From: an uncultured Pseudomonadales bacterium
GTDB lineage: Bacteria; Patescibacteriota; Microgenomatia; UBA1400; PJMF01
NCBI GenBank assembly: GCA_964393205.1
Contig: CAYMSV010000001.1
Span: forward strand, 103,440 to 167,439
Length of the DNA stretch: 64,000 bases
Direction of reading: 5' to 3'
Part shown: piece after piece, positions 28,489 through 37,851 of the stretch
Layout of the letters: each line of letters begins with the position of its first letter
How positions within the stretch are numbered: position 1 is the stretch's first letter
The notes under the pieces: model-generated
What the model was told of the DNA's origin: nothing
The model's input: only the letters and a program-made list of their open reading frames with translations
Database searches by the model: none
Position numbers and translations under genes: made by a program

Positions 28489-31098
28489 TCAAGCTTTTAC
28501 CAAATCAAGCTTTTTCTTCGTCCAATCTAATTTAATTTTGTCACCAGCCTGAATTTTGTTTTTAATCATTTGGCTAGCTAGCTCATCTAAGATCTCTTTT
28601 TGAATGAGGCGCTTTAGTGGTCTGGCTCCAAAAACGTGATCATAGCCAGTTTCAGCTAAATGTTCGATTAATTGTTCACTAAATTCTAATTTGATTTCTT
28701 GTTCAGCTAGGCGGTTAGCAACTAGATCAAGTTGCAGTTGTACAATCTCTTTAATTTCTTTTTTATCTAGACTTTGGAATATAATAATATCATCTAATCT
28801 ATTCAAAAACTCTGGGCGAAAATGCACCTTTAGCAAACCATCTAAAGCCTTCTTTTGTTCAACTGGATCACTACTGGTTTCGCTAATAATTTGACTACCC
28901 AAATTGGAAGTCATAATGATAATACTGTTTTTAAAATTGACAGTACGACCTTTGCTATCAGTCAAATGACCTTCATCCAAAACCTGTAGAAGAATATTAA
29001 ATACTTCGCTATGAGCTTTTTCAATTTCATCTAGTAAAACTATAGTATAGGGATGGCGACGAATAGCTTCTGTTAATTGACCACCTTCTTCATAGCCAAC
29101 ATAACCTGGTGGCGAGCCGATGAGGCGAGCCACGCTATGTTTTTCCATATATTCACTCATATCGATGCGGGTAATCAGACGCTCATCATTAAAAAGTTGT
29201 TCGGCAAGAGCCTTGGCTAATTCTGTTTTACCCACACCAGTGGGTCCAAGGAACAAGAAGCTACCAATAGGTCTGCCCTCTTCGCTAATGCCAGCACGAT
29301 TACGACGAATAGCGCCAGCCACTGCTTCAATAGCTTGATTTTGCCCAACAACTCTTTGACCAAGTTCTTTCTCCAAATTTATGAGTTTTTCGGTTTCTTC
29401 AGTAAGCATGCGACTAACCGGAATGCCCGTCCATTTAGAAACTATAGTGGCAATATCGCTTTCATCAATTTCTTCTTTGAGCAATCTTTGTGTTGGGTCA
29501 ATATCAGCCATTTTCGCTTGAGCTTCTTTTACTTTTTTCTCCAACTGAGGAATTTCTCCATAATTAATGGCGGCGGCTCGTTCTAGATCATAATTTCGTT
29601 CAGCTTTTTTTGCTTCTTCGCGAAGTTCATCTAATTTTCGACTGTATTTTTTAATTGAATCTAAAATTTCTTTTTCTTTGCGCCAGCGCAGCTCCAAGCT
29701 TTTGTATTCTTCTTTTAGTTCTCCAATTTGTTTTTCAATGTTTTTTAAGCGATCCTCACTTTTTTGACCTCTTTCTTTTTTAAGTGATTCTTTTTCAATT
29801 TCTAATTGGCGAATTTCTCGCTCCAATTGATCAATACTGTTGGGTTTACTATCAATTTCGATGCGTAGTGCTGAGGCAGCTTCATCCATTAAATCGATAG
29901 CTTTATCTGGCAAGAAACGATCACTAATATATCGATGAGAAAGTTTAACTGCAGCAATAATAGCGCCATCTAAAATGCGCACTCCGTGATGTGCTTCATA
30001 TTTACTTTTAATACCTCGTAGAATAGAAATAGCATCATCTACTGAAGGTTCTTCAACCATTACTGGTTGAAAGCGTCTTTCTAGCGCACTGTCTTTTTCA
30101 ACATATTGGCGATACTCTTTTAGAGTGGTTGCACCAATGGTGCGCAAGGTACCACGAGCTAGCGCTGGTTTAAGTAAGTTGCCAGCATCAGTTGATCCTT
30201 CACTGGCTCCGGCGCCAACAATACTGTGTAATTCATCGATAAAGAGTATGATCTGTCCTTCACTCTTTTCAATTTCTTTGATTACGGCTTTTAATCGATC
30301 TTCAAACTCTCCACGATATTTAGCTCCGGCTATCAGAGAACCCATATCTAAAGCTAAGATTCTTTTATTTTTTAGTGCTTCTGGGACATCATCATCAATA
30401 ATTTTTTTGGCCAAACCTTCGACAATGGCAGTTTTACCAGTGCCTGGTTCGCCAACCAAAACCGGATTGTTTTTGGTGCGACGCGACAAAATTTGAGTAA
30501 TACGACGAATTTCTTCATTGCGACCAATGACAGGATCAATTTTTCCTGAACGAGCTAGACTGGTAAAATCTAAGCAATATTTTTCTAGAGCCTGATATTT
30601 GCCCTCGGGTTCTGGATCAGTAACTCGTTGTTGACCACGTACTGTTTTTAAAGTTTGCACGACTTGTTTGGGATCAAGTTCGGTAAGTTGGACAACTTTT
30701 TTTTGGTTTAATAGTGCCAAAAACAAATGCTCAGTACTAATGTATTCGTCTTTAAGTTTTACTGCTTCTGTTTCTGCTTGACTTAAAACCTTACTTAGTT
30801 CTGGGGAAGCGTAAGCTTGAGTGGGCGCATCTGTGCTAGGTAATTGTTTAAGTTCTTTTCTAATTAAAGAAGCAATTGTTTCTGGATTTTTATCTAATTG
30901 TTCAAGCAAATTAGGAATGATGCCTCCTACTTGTTCAACTAGGGCTAATAATAGGTGCCAAATTTCGATTTGACTATGTTTGAGTTTGCCAGCCAGCTGC
31001 ATAGCGTCTTGTACAGCTTCACTGGCTTTGGTGGTATAGCGATCAAAGTTCATAAGTATTCTTTCAAGTTTATTAAAGGCTTTAGTGTTTATAAGCAA
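28489..31098 (-). CDS. clpB: Chaperone ClpB (Hsp104 family disaggregase)
   Basis: Clp N-domain, two AAA+ modules (GEPGTGKTA and GPTGVGKTE Walker A) with long middle coiled-coil; 869 aa. Confidence 0.95.
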   Translation of the reverse strand: MLINTKAFNKLERILMNFDRYTTKASEAVQDAMQLAGKLKHSQIEIWHLLLALVEQVGGIIPNLLEQLDKNPETIASLIRKELKQLPSTDAPTQAYASPELSKVLSQAETEAVKLKDEYISTEHLFLALLNQKKVVQLTELDPKQVVQTLKTVRGQQRVTDPEPEGKYQALEKYCLDFTSLARSGKIDPVIGRNEEIRRITQILSRRTKNNPVLVGEPGTGKTAIVEGLAKKIIDDDVPEALKNKRILALDMGSLIAGAKYRGEFEDRLKAVIKEIEKSEGQIILFIDELHSIVGAGASEGSTDAGNLLKPALARGTLRTIGATTLKEYRQYVEKDSALERRFQPVMVEEPSVDDAISILRGIKSKYEAHHGVRILDGAIIAAVKLSHRYISDRFLPDKAIDLMDEAASALRIEIDSKPNSIDQLEREIRQLEIEKESLKKERGQKSEDRLKNIEKQIGELKEEYKSLELRWRKEKEILDSIKKYSRKLDELREEAKKAERNYDLERAAAINYGEIPQLEKKVKEAQAKMADIDPTQRLLKEEIDESDIATIVSKWTGIPVSRMLTEETEKLINLEKELGQRVVGQNQAIEAVAGAIRRNRAGISEEGRPIGSFLFLGPTGVGKTELAKALAEQLFNDERLITRIDMSEYMEKHSVARLIGSPPGYVGYEEGGQLTEAIRRHPYTIVLLDEIEKAHSEVFNILLQVLDEGHLTDSKGRTVNFKNSIIIMTSNLGSQIISETSSDPVEQKKALDGLLKVHFRPEFLNRLDDIIIFQSLDKKEIKEIVQLQLDLVANRLAEQEIKLEFSEQLIEHLAETGYDHVFGARPLKRLIQKEILDELASQMIKNKIQAGDKIKLDWTKKKLDLVKA

Positions 31099-31138
31099 TA
31101 TTATTTTAGCGCGCTTGAAATATTTTGCATAGAGTCAA

Positions 31139-31165
31139 TTAGCAGACTAGAAAGGACTCTGCTAA
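31139..31165 (-). promoter_or_regulatory. CIRCE-like inverted repeat (9-N9-9) about 50 nt upstream of clpB; candidate HrcA-type heat-shock operator
   Basis: Plus strand TTAGCAGAC-TAGAAAGGA-CTCTGCTAA (embedded in a perfect 10-bp IR AATTAGCAGA...TCTGCTAATT at 31137-31167); same half-site family as the lon site. Confidence 0.5.
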
Positions 31166-31286
31166 TTAACTAAAAGTTGATTTTTACTTGATACTTCTTA
31201 TATATTTTGATACATTTTGATAGATTAAAACAATAAAAATATTGATTTTAACTCATCACTAATAAAAAATACAAAAAAATTAATTT

Positions 31287-31640
31287 TTATTTACCATAAC
31301 AAACATGAAAAAAATCTGCTATATCTTCGTAAATTTTTTCAATTTCTGAATCTGTAAGATCTTCATTGTTTTTTTCTGCAGAGCGAAGATTTTTATTTGA
31401 TTTTGACCTAGAATCTTCTTTGATCTTAGTAATAATAGTTTTTATAGCAAATTCTCTCAATTCGAAATCATAGGCAAAAACCTTTTGCATGGACTCATTA
31501 AAGCTATGAAGATAACTAAGAAGAGCTTTTAAGTCTTGTGGCGAATCTGATGAAAGTAATTTTTTAATAAGAGCTTGCGGGCCAATTTTGGCATGTTTTT
31601 CTCTTAATTCTTTTCCTCTTTTTTCTCTTTCTTTAGACAT
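31287..31640 (-). CDS. Hypothetical protein (117 aa), charged/helical
   Basis: ORF between 16S and clpB, no recognisable motif. Confidence 0.35.
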   Translation of the reverse strand: MSKEREKRGKELREKHAKIGPQALIKKLLSSDSPQDLKALLSYLHSFNESMQKVFAYDFELREFAIKTIITKIKEDSRSKSNKNLRSAEKNNEDLTDSEIEKIYEDIADFFHVCYGK

Positions 31641-31714
31641 AAATTTGTATCGCTTTTATCTATATTTAAGTATATAGAACACAGTCAATTATAACATGTA
31701 GGCTTTTTTAATTA

Positions 31715-31750
31715 AAAAAACGAGCCCAGTAGCTCGTTTTATTTTTTGAT
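31715..31750 (-). terminator. Rho-independent terminator hairpin (bidirectional) about 150 nt downstream of the 16S 3' end
   Basis: AAACGAGC-CCAGTA-GCTCGTTT stem-loop (about 31718-31739) flanked by A-run and T-run. Confidence 0.5.
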
Positions 31751-31884
31751 TAAAATTGAATTAATTAACAGTAAATACAGTGACAGAAAGCGACCTGGGC
31801 ACCTATGTCCACAGGATTTTAGTTTTTCGTCTAAGTTGCCTTAGACGGGAGAAGGAGGTCGTGAAAACTCCTACCCATTCTCCT

Positions 31885-33375
31885 TAGAAAGGAGGTGATC
31901 CATCGGCACCTTCCAGTACCGATACCTTGTTACGACTTAACCCTCATCGCTAATCTCGCCGTAGAAGGGCCGTTCTCTTGCGAGTTACGGTCACCCGCTT
32001 CGGGCGCTACTAACTTTGCTGGTTTGACGGGCAGTGTGTACAAGGAGCGAGAACGTATTCACCGCAACCTGCTGATTTGCGATTACTACCGATTCCGACT
32101 TCATGCTCTCGAATTGCAGAGAACAATCTGAACTGAGGGGCCGTTTAAAGGATTGGCTCCGCCTTGCGGCTTCGCTACCCGTTGTCGGCTCCATTGTAGG
32201 ATGTGTGTTGCCCTGGATGTAAGGGTCATGCTGACTTGACGTCGTCCTCTCCTTCCTCCCTGCAAAAAGCAAGGCAGTCTCCCGTGACACTTGTAACACG
32301 GGATAAGGGTTGCGCTCGTTACCACACTTAAGTGGACGCCTCACGACACGAGCTGACGACAGCCATGCAACACCTGTGTAACACTCTCGAAGAAGATCTA
32401 GTTTCCTAGACCGTGCAGTTACATGTCAAACCCAGGTAAGGTATTTCGCTTTGTATCGAATTAAACCACATGCTCCACCGGTTGTGCGCTCCCCCGTCAA
32501 TTCCTTTGAGTTTTAACCTTGCGGTCGTAATCCCCAGGCGCCTTGCTTAACGCGTTAGCTTACATCACTCAATTCAAAGAATCAAGCAATTAGCAAGGAT
32601 CGTTTACGGTCTGGACTACAGGGGTCTCTAATCCCTTTTGCTACCCAAACTTTCGTCCCTGAGCGTCAGTTGTACTCCAGGAGCTCGCCTTCGCGAATGG
32701 TGTTCCTCTCGATATCTACGGATTTCACCCCTCCACCGAGAATTCCAGCTCCCCCTAGTAAACTCAATTCTATCAGTATTTCAACCTGTATCTGGAGTTG
32801 AGCTCCAGTATTAAAGTCAAAACTTAATAAAACGCCGACGGACGCTTTACGCCCAATAAATCCGGATAATGCTTGCACCCTACGTATTACCGAGGCTTCT
32901 GGCACGTAGTTAGCAGGTGCTTTCTAGCAGGGTACCCTCAAAAATTGTTCCCCTGCCACAGTGGTTTACACTCCGAAGAGCGTCTTCCCACACGCGGTGT
33001 CGCTGCGTCAGGCTTTCGCCCATTGCGCAATATTCCCAGTTGCTGCCACCCGTAGGTGTAGGTTCCGTGTCTCAGTAACCTTGTGGCCGGTCGTGCTCTC
33101 ACACCGGCTACCTGTCATCGGCTTGGTGAGCTATTACCTCACCAACTACCTGATAGGACATAGGCCTCTCCCTAAGCGCCCGAAGGCTTTGATCCGGAGA
33201 TCACATGCGGTATTACCCAATCTTTCGACTGGCTATTCCCCACTTAGGGGTAAGTTCCTATGTTGTACTCACCCGTCTGCTACTTGTGTTAGTCCGAAGA
33301 CTAACTTACCGTTCAACTTGCATGCTTAAAGCACACCGCCAGCATTCATCCTGAGCCAGGATCAAACTCTTAAAA
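31885..33375 (-). rRNA. rrs: 16S ribosomal RNA (complete, about 1.49 kb), not linked to 23S/5S
   Basis: Minus-strand 5' end AGAGTTTGATCCTGGCTCAG (RC at 33351-33370), 3' end AAGTCGTAACAAGGTA...GGATCACCTCCTTTCT (RC at about 31887-31936); the internal 515F site is divergent (see findings). ORFs predicted inside this interval are spurious. Confidence 0.9.
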
Positions 33376-33604
33376 AAGTTTGATTTGCTCTATAAAAAAA
33401 TAAAAGTCAAATTGACGAGATGCAATCTTTAGTTTTAAAAACCAAAGATAAAATCTCTCTTGCACTTTCTATCACTATATTTGCTGTTAAAAAAATAGCT
33501 GTCTTTACTTGTTAAAGATCAAAAAAACTTCTTTTTAAGCAAAAAAAAGAAAGGAGAAAACTTCTAGCTTTCTCTAATCATCTCTCTTTGCCTGAAGTGG
33601 GAGT

Positions 33605-33633
33605 ATTATATGGTCAAAAATTTTTAAAGTCAA
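33605..33633 (-). promoter_or_regulatory. Near-consensus sigma70 promoter (TTGACT-17 nt-TATAAT) about 225 nt upstream of the 16S 5' end
   Basis: Minus strand reads TTGACTttaaaaatttttgaccaTATAAT; -35 at 33633-33628, -10 at 33610-33605. Confidence 0.45.
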
Positions 33634-33688
33634 CAGCGAAAACCAGATTAAAATTTGTTTTTTTACTTATGTTTTTAAATACAAGTTT

Positions 33689-34522
33689 GTGCTTTTTACA
33701 AAGCCAACTTTTTCTTTTATACTAGAAGCAATGCCTGCAATCAAACAGGCGATCGTTATGACTTTAACGGTCGTCTTTGCTTACGTATTTTTGCAAACGC
33801 CAGAATTATCGGTTTATTCTTTGCAATTTTTTGCTGTACTTTGTCTCGCCTATTGGTGGCTACAGAAAAAACAAGGAAAACACTTTTTTTATCTCTTCAA
33901 TGAGCAGGGCTCCAGCAACGTCTTAGTTTTAAATTTAGCTTTTTTAATTTTGATTGGCAACACTCAGGGTTTAGCCTCTGCCTTTTTTGCTCTAAGCTTT
34001 ATCCAGCTTTTTTTTGTAACCTTAGCACTTGAAAATCGTTTAGCAATTTTATTGTCTTTAGAATTATTTTTATTTTATTTGGGTTTAGCTTTGAATCGTT
34101 ATGGTTTAATTTTGTCTAACAACATAAGTATGACTGAGTTAAATAATTTAATAGCTATTCCTTTAGTAACTATTTTTTATTTATTCGGCAAAGTTCAATA
34201 CCAACGTTTGCACTATCATTCTTTGTTGCTTGATAGTGAAAAACAGGAAAAGATTCAGGCTCAAGCAGACGATCAAGCTGTATCGATTTTTATTAATAAT
34301 TTACTAGATAAGCGTTTGCCGATGTTGGAATACTTGCTTACCTTTCCCCAAAAAAACATGGTAATGATTCAGGCCGAAATGCAATCTTTAAAAAAAGATT
34401 TAAATAGTTTGATGAAAGAAATTAATCACAAAACTGTTAAAAATGAGTCGGCAATTCAAGAAAAAATATTAATAGAAGAAGAAGCAGAAGTTTTAATCAA
34501 AGCTATTGATGATGAAATTTAG
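33689..34522 (+). CDS. Membrane protein (about 5 TM) with C-terminal cytoplasmic coiled coil; first gene of a secreted-protein operon
   Basis: Hydrophobic helices through about aa 170, then K/E-rich heptad-like segment; overlaps next gene by 17 nt. Confidence 0.45.
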   Translation: MLFTKPTFSFILEAMPAIKQAIVMTLTVVFAYVFLQTPELSVYSLQFFAVLCLAYWWLQKKQGKHFFYLFNEQGSSNVLVLNLAFLILIGNTQGLASAFFALSFIQLFFVTLALENRLAILLSLELFLFYLGLALNRYGLILSNNISMTELNNLIAIPLVTIFYLFGKVQYQRLHYHSLLLDSEKQEKIQAQADDQAVSIFINNLLDKRLPMLEYLLTFPQKNMVMIQAEMQSLKKDLNSLMKEINHKTVKNESAIQEKILIEEEAEVLIKAIDDEI

Positions 34523-35246
34523 CTCAATCTTTTTACTGGTTTTTTTGTTTTCTTTTTTAAAGCCAGCAATGGTTAGGGCTGATAATATGAGTTCAAACTC
34601 TTATTATTTGCAATTTGGCAATTTTAATATGGGGAGTGGCGAGTTTGATACTGGTAGTCAATTTGGTTTGACTTATACCTTGGGCGGCACTGCTATTGGT
34701 CCCTATGGCGAATATGGTACTAGCCAGTATTTTATAGGTAGTGGTTTTCAATATATTTATCAAATTAGGCAATTTAGTTTTAGTTTATCCAAACTCAGCA
34801 TTGATCTTGGTGAGTTAAATCCAGGGTTTTTTGCTAGTGATAGTCATACTGTAACTATTAATACTGGTAGTGCCGGTGGTTATCAGGTTTATGTTTTTGA
34901 AAATCGTCCTCTAACTCATGTCAGTCAGCCAACTGAACAAATTCCCAACACCACATGTAACACTGGTTGTACAAAAAGTTTAGCAGGTATTTGGGACAAC
35001 CCAATTTATGATGGTTTTGGCTACCATGTGACTGGTGACAATACACCGAGTGATTTTATTAATAGTAGTTACTTTCGTCCCTTTGCTGATAATAGTTTAG
35101 GTGAAGACATGGAGCTGATTATGAGTAGTAATAATGTGGCTTTTGATGAAACAGCCACTATGACTTATCAAGCAGCTCCATCAGTAATGCAAGCGGCTGG
35201 TGATTATCAAACTTTTGTGGTTTTTGTAGCAGTACCAGGTTATTAA
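34506..35246 (+). CDS. Secreted protein, small member (246 aa) of a paralogous pair (with 36346..37800)
   Basis: Sec signal peptide (…PAMVRA|DN); G/T/S/Y-rich beta-type composition; C-terminal motif YQAAPSVMQAAGDYQTFVVFVAVPGY shared with the 484-aa protein. Confidence 0.6.
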   Translation: MMMKFSSIFLLVFLFSFLKPAMVRADNMSSNSYYLQFGNFNMGSGEFDTGSQFGLTYTLGGTAIGPYGEYGTSQYFIGSGFQYIYQIRQFSFSLSKLSIDLGELNPGFFASDSHTVTINTGSAGGYQVYVFENRPLTHVSQPTEQIPNTTCNTGCTKSLAGIWDNPIYDGFGYHVTGDNTPSDFINSSYFRPFADNSLGEDMELIMSSNNVAFDETATMTYQAAPSVMQAAGDYQTFVVFVAVPGY

Positions 35247-35247
35247 A

Positions 35248-36291
35248 ATGATTAAAAAAATAATTTTTACTCTTATTTTTTTTGTAAGCTTATTGTCAGG
35301 CAAGCTGTCTGTAGTTAGAGCTCAAGGAATTGATGCTTTATCCGTAAATATTAATCCACCAGTTTCCTATCTTTATATAAAGCCTGGCGCTGGTATTGGG
35401 GCACCAATTAATTTGGAAAATCAGGGCCGTTATACTATTAGAGTAACTCCACAATTAGTTGATTTCCGAACCCATAAACAAACCGGGCAAATTATTTTAG
35501 AACAAACTAGTGAGTTTAAACACTTATCGATTGCAGGCAATCAGGAGCGTTGGGGCGAAGAATTTATCATTAAGCCAGGAGAAAGTTATACTCTACCCCT
35601 GACAATTGCTGTGCCAGCAGATTTTCCTCAAGAGGAATATCATTTATCAGTATTATTTAATGTCGAACAAATGCTTTTTTCTGATTATGAAAAAAGCAGT
35701 AACACTATTTTGTCTGGTATTGTTGCTAGTCATTTAGTAGTGATGGTTAGCTTAGATGAAGCTGATCGTAGTCAAATTGTGATTAAAGATTTTCAATTAC
35801 CTAAGATAGTGGATAGTTTAATGGGAATTAATTTTAAGATTTGGGTAAAAAATATTGGTTTAAATGCCAGTCCAATTCGGGGTAAACTAAGTGTTAGTCA
35901 CTGGCCATCTCCTGAAAAAGAAGTTTATGAATTTTATCCAGATATGGTTTTGGCTGATAGTCAGCGACAAGTACGAGGAATGAGTGAAGGAAATTTGGCT
36001 CGTTTACAAGAGTTGACTGAGCAAGAGGAGATTATATTGGCCAATAATGAAGATTATTTTGAATTACAAAGTTTATTGGTGCAAGAAACTTTAATTAGTG
36101 ATTTTCGCTACGAGAAAGCTTTTTTATTAGGTGCTTATGATTTTCATCTGGAAATTGGAGATGAAGAGCAAACTGAAAGAGTGATAGCTCTACCCTTCTC
36201 AATTCTTATAGCCCTTATTTCATTGCCAATTTTGTCTCGTTTATTAATTATTCTAATAAAGAAACTAGATTTTAAACATAAAAAAAACTGA
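35248..36291 (+). CDS. Cell-surface protein: signal peptide + Ig-like ectodomain + C-terminal TM anchor with basic tail (DUF916/DUF3324-like architecture)
   Basis: Signal VVRA|QG; LSVNINPPVSYLYIKPGAGIGAPINLENQGRYTIRVTPQLVDF resembles the N-terminal pattern of DUF916 proteins; C-terminal LPFSILIALISLPILSRLLIILIKK + KHKKN. Confidence 0.5.
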   Translation: MIKKIIFTLIFFVSLLSGKLSVVRAQGIDALSVNINPPVSYLYIKPGAGIGAPINLENQGRYTIRVTPQLVDFRTHKQTGQIILEQTSEFKHLSIAGNQERWGEEFIIKPGESYTLPLTIAVPADFPQEEYHLSVLFNVEQMLFSDYEKSSNTILSGIVASHLVVMVSLDEADRSQIVIKDFQLPKIVDSLMGINFKIWVKNIGLNASPIRGKLSVSHWPSPEKEVYEFYPDMVLADSQRQVRGMSEGNLARLQELTEQEEIILANNEDYFELQSLLVQETLISDFRYEKAFLLGAYDFHLEIGDEEQTERVIALPFSILIALISLPILSRLLIILIKKLDFKHKKN

Positions 36292-36345
36292 GTTAAACTG
36301 CCCTTGACTCTCTGGCAAAAAAAATTATAAACTAGATTACATACT

Positions 36346-37800
36346 ATGCAAATAAAAAATCGTTTTTTGTTTTTATTGTCCCTTTTTATAATTATAAGCT
36401 CATTTTTTATCGGAATTCGCCCTAATCAGATAAAAGCAGCTAGTTTAAACAATGTTTCAACCCTGTTGAATAATGCGCGTTTCTCTTTTAGGAGTGCTCT
36501 CGAAGGTGCTCAAACTCTTGGTTCTTCTTTAATTACTATTGATGTAACTAACTATCCATCGACTTCGGTTTTGCAACTACAATCTGGTGATGTATTAAGA
36601 ATTGGTGGCGTTAATAATTACAATGTAGCCACTACCATCGATGACGCTACTGATGACAAAGTCAGTTTAACTTCCGGTTTATTAACTGGCGACATAGCAG
36701 ATGAAACCGCCCTAATTTCTACCCAGTCTTCAACTTTGACGGTTAAATTAACAACAGTGAGTGCACTGGAGAATGGAACTATTCGTATTTTGGTTCCGGC
36801 TACAAGTGCTACGGCAACTAATCGAGATGGATTGCCTGATGATGATGGATTTGATTTTGGAGGTAGCGCAAACGCAGCTATTACTTGTCCAGCCACCTAT
36901 CCAGCTGGATTTACAGGATTTACTGGAACGAGTAGTTATGCCAATGGCTCAGTTGAGATAGATGGTATTGATTATCATGTTTTTGACTGTGCTTACACGG
37001 GCACTGGAGCAGTTAGTGCTGCTTTTGATGGGACAACTTATCCAGCTTTTACAATTGCTAATTTAATTAATCCTTCGCCGAGTAGTTCGAGCGTTTTAGG
37101 AGAAGCAGATACTTATACGATCATAATTAGGCATTTGGCGAGTGACGATACCATAATTGATGAAACTTTAGCTAAAGTAGGAGTGATAGATGCAGTTCGT
37201 GTTTCGGCTACTATTCTACCTCAATTAACTTTTACCATTGAGGGCGTAGCATCCGGTCAAAGTAAATGTGGCATCACTACAGATGCTACTACTACACCTT
37301 TGGCCGTTCCTTTTGGAGATATTACCATTGGTACTTTCTCTGATTTGGCTCAGGTTTTAACTGTAACTACTAACGCGGCCAATGGCTATCAAGTAACAGC
37401 GGCAGAAAGTGATCAATTGGGTAAGGATGGACAGGCTTGTGCTGGTGATGGTTCGGCCGATACTGCTTGTATCGTTGATGCTAATGTTACTGGCATGAGC
37501 AATACTGTTTCAGCAGATTGGGCTGTAGTTACTGGAGATCAATATGGTTTTGGTTTCACTATAGGTTCGGCCACTGCTGGAATAACCAGACCTTTTTACT
37601 ACAATGAATCCGGCAGAACTTACAGTGCTCGCCATTTCTCAGATTTAGCTGAATCCACTGATCCTGAAACGATTTTCTCTCGCTCTACAGCAGCTCTGGA
37701 AGACATAGTAGATGTTTGTTATCGACTAACACCCTCTGCACTCAATGTAGCTGGAGACTATGAGAACTACATTGTGTACATAGCAACAGCTACTTTTTAA
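36346..37800 (+). CDS. Secreted protein, large member (484 aa) of the paralogous pair; Thr/Ala/Gly-rich
   Basis: Signal peptide (…QIKA|AS); C-terminal about 200 aa alignable with the 246-aa protein (…NGYQVTAAESD…C…C…GFGFTIG…YRLTPSALNVAGDYENYIVYIATATF). Confidence 0.6.
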   Translation: MQIKNRFLFLLSLFIIISSFFIGIRPNQIKAASLNNVSTLLNNARFSFRSALEGAQTLGSSLITIDVTNYPSTSVLQLQSGDVLRIGGVNNYNVATTIDDATDDKVSLTSGLLTGDIADETALISTQSSTLTVKLTTVSALENGTIRILVPATSATATNRDGLPDDDGFDFGGSANAAITCPATYPAGFTGFTGTSSYANGSVEIDGIDYHVFDCAYTGTGAVSAAFDGTTYPAFTIANLINPSPSSSSVLGEADTYTIIIRHLASDDTIIDETLAKVGVIDAVRVSATILPQLTFTIEGVASGQSKCGITTDATTTPLAVPFGDITIGTFSDLAQVLTVTTNAANGYQVTAAESDQLGKDGQACAGDGSADTACIVDANVTGMSNTVSADWAVVTGDQYGFGFTIGSATAGITRPFYYNESGRTYSARHFSDLAESTDPETIFSRSTAALEDIVDVCYRLTPSALNVAGDYENYIVYIATATF

Positions 37801-37851
37801 GATTTAAAATTTAATTAATAATAAGAAACAGTTTAAAAATCAAGGAACAGA

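Noticed and set aside
31099-31286. Tried to define a sigma70 promoter for clpB around the CIRCE-like repeat
   Set aside because: Only partial hexamers were found (TTAGCA … TAATTG; TTGACT with a 24-nt spacer to TAAAAT). Nothing had acceptable spacing, so I left it uncalled.
31885-33375. Several predicted ORFs on both strands inside this interval (e.g. 31895..32131, 31991..32344, 32101..32325, 32666..32905, 32873..33055, 32961..33329)
   Set aside because: They lie entirely within the 16S rRNA gene. Their translations are low-complexity and they disappear once the rRNA is recognised.
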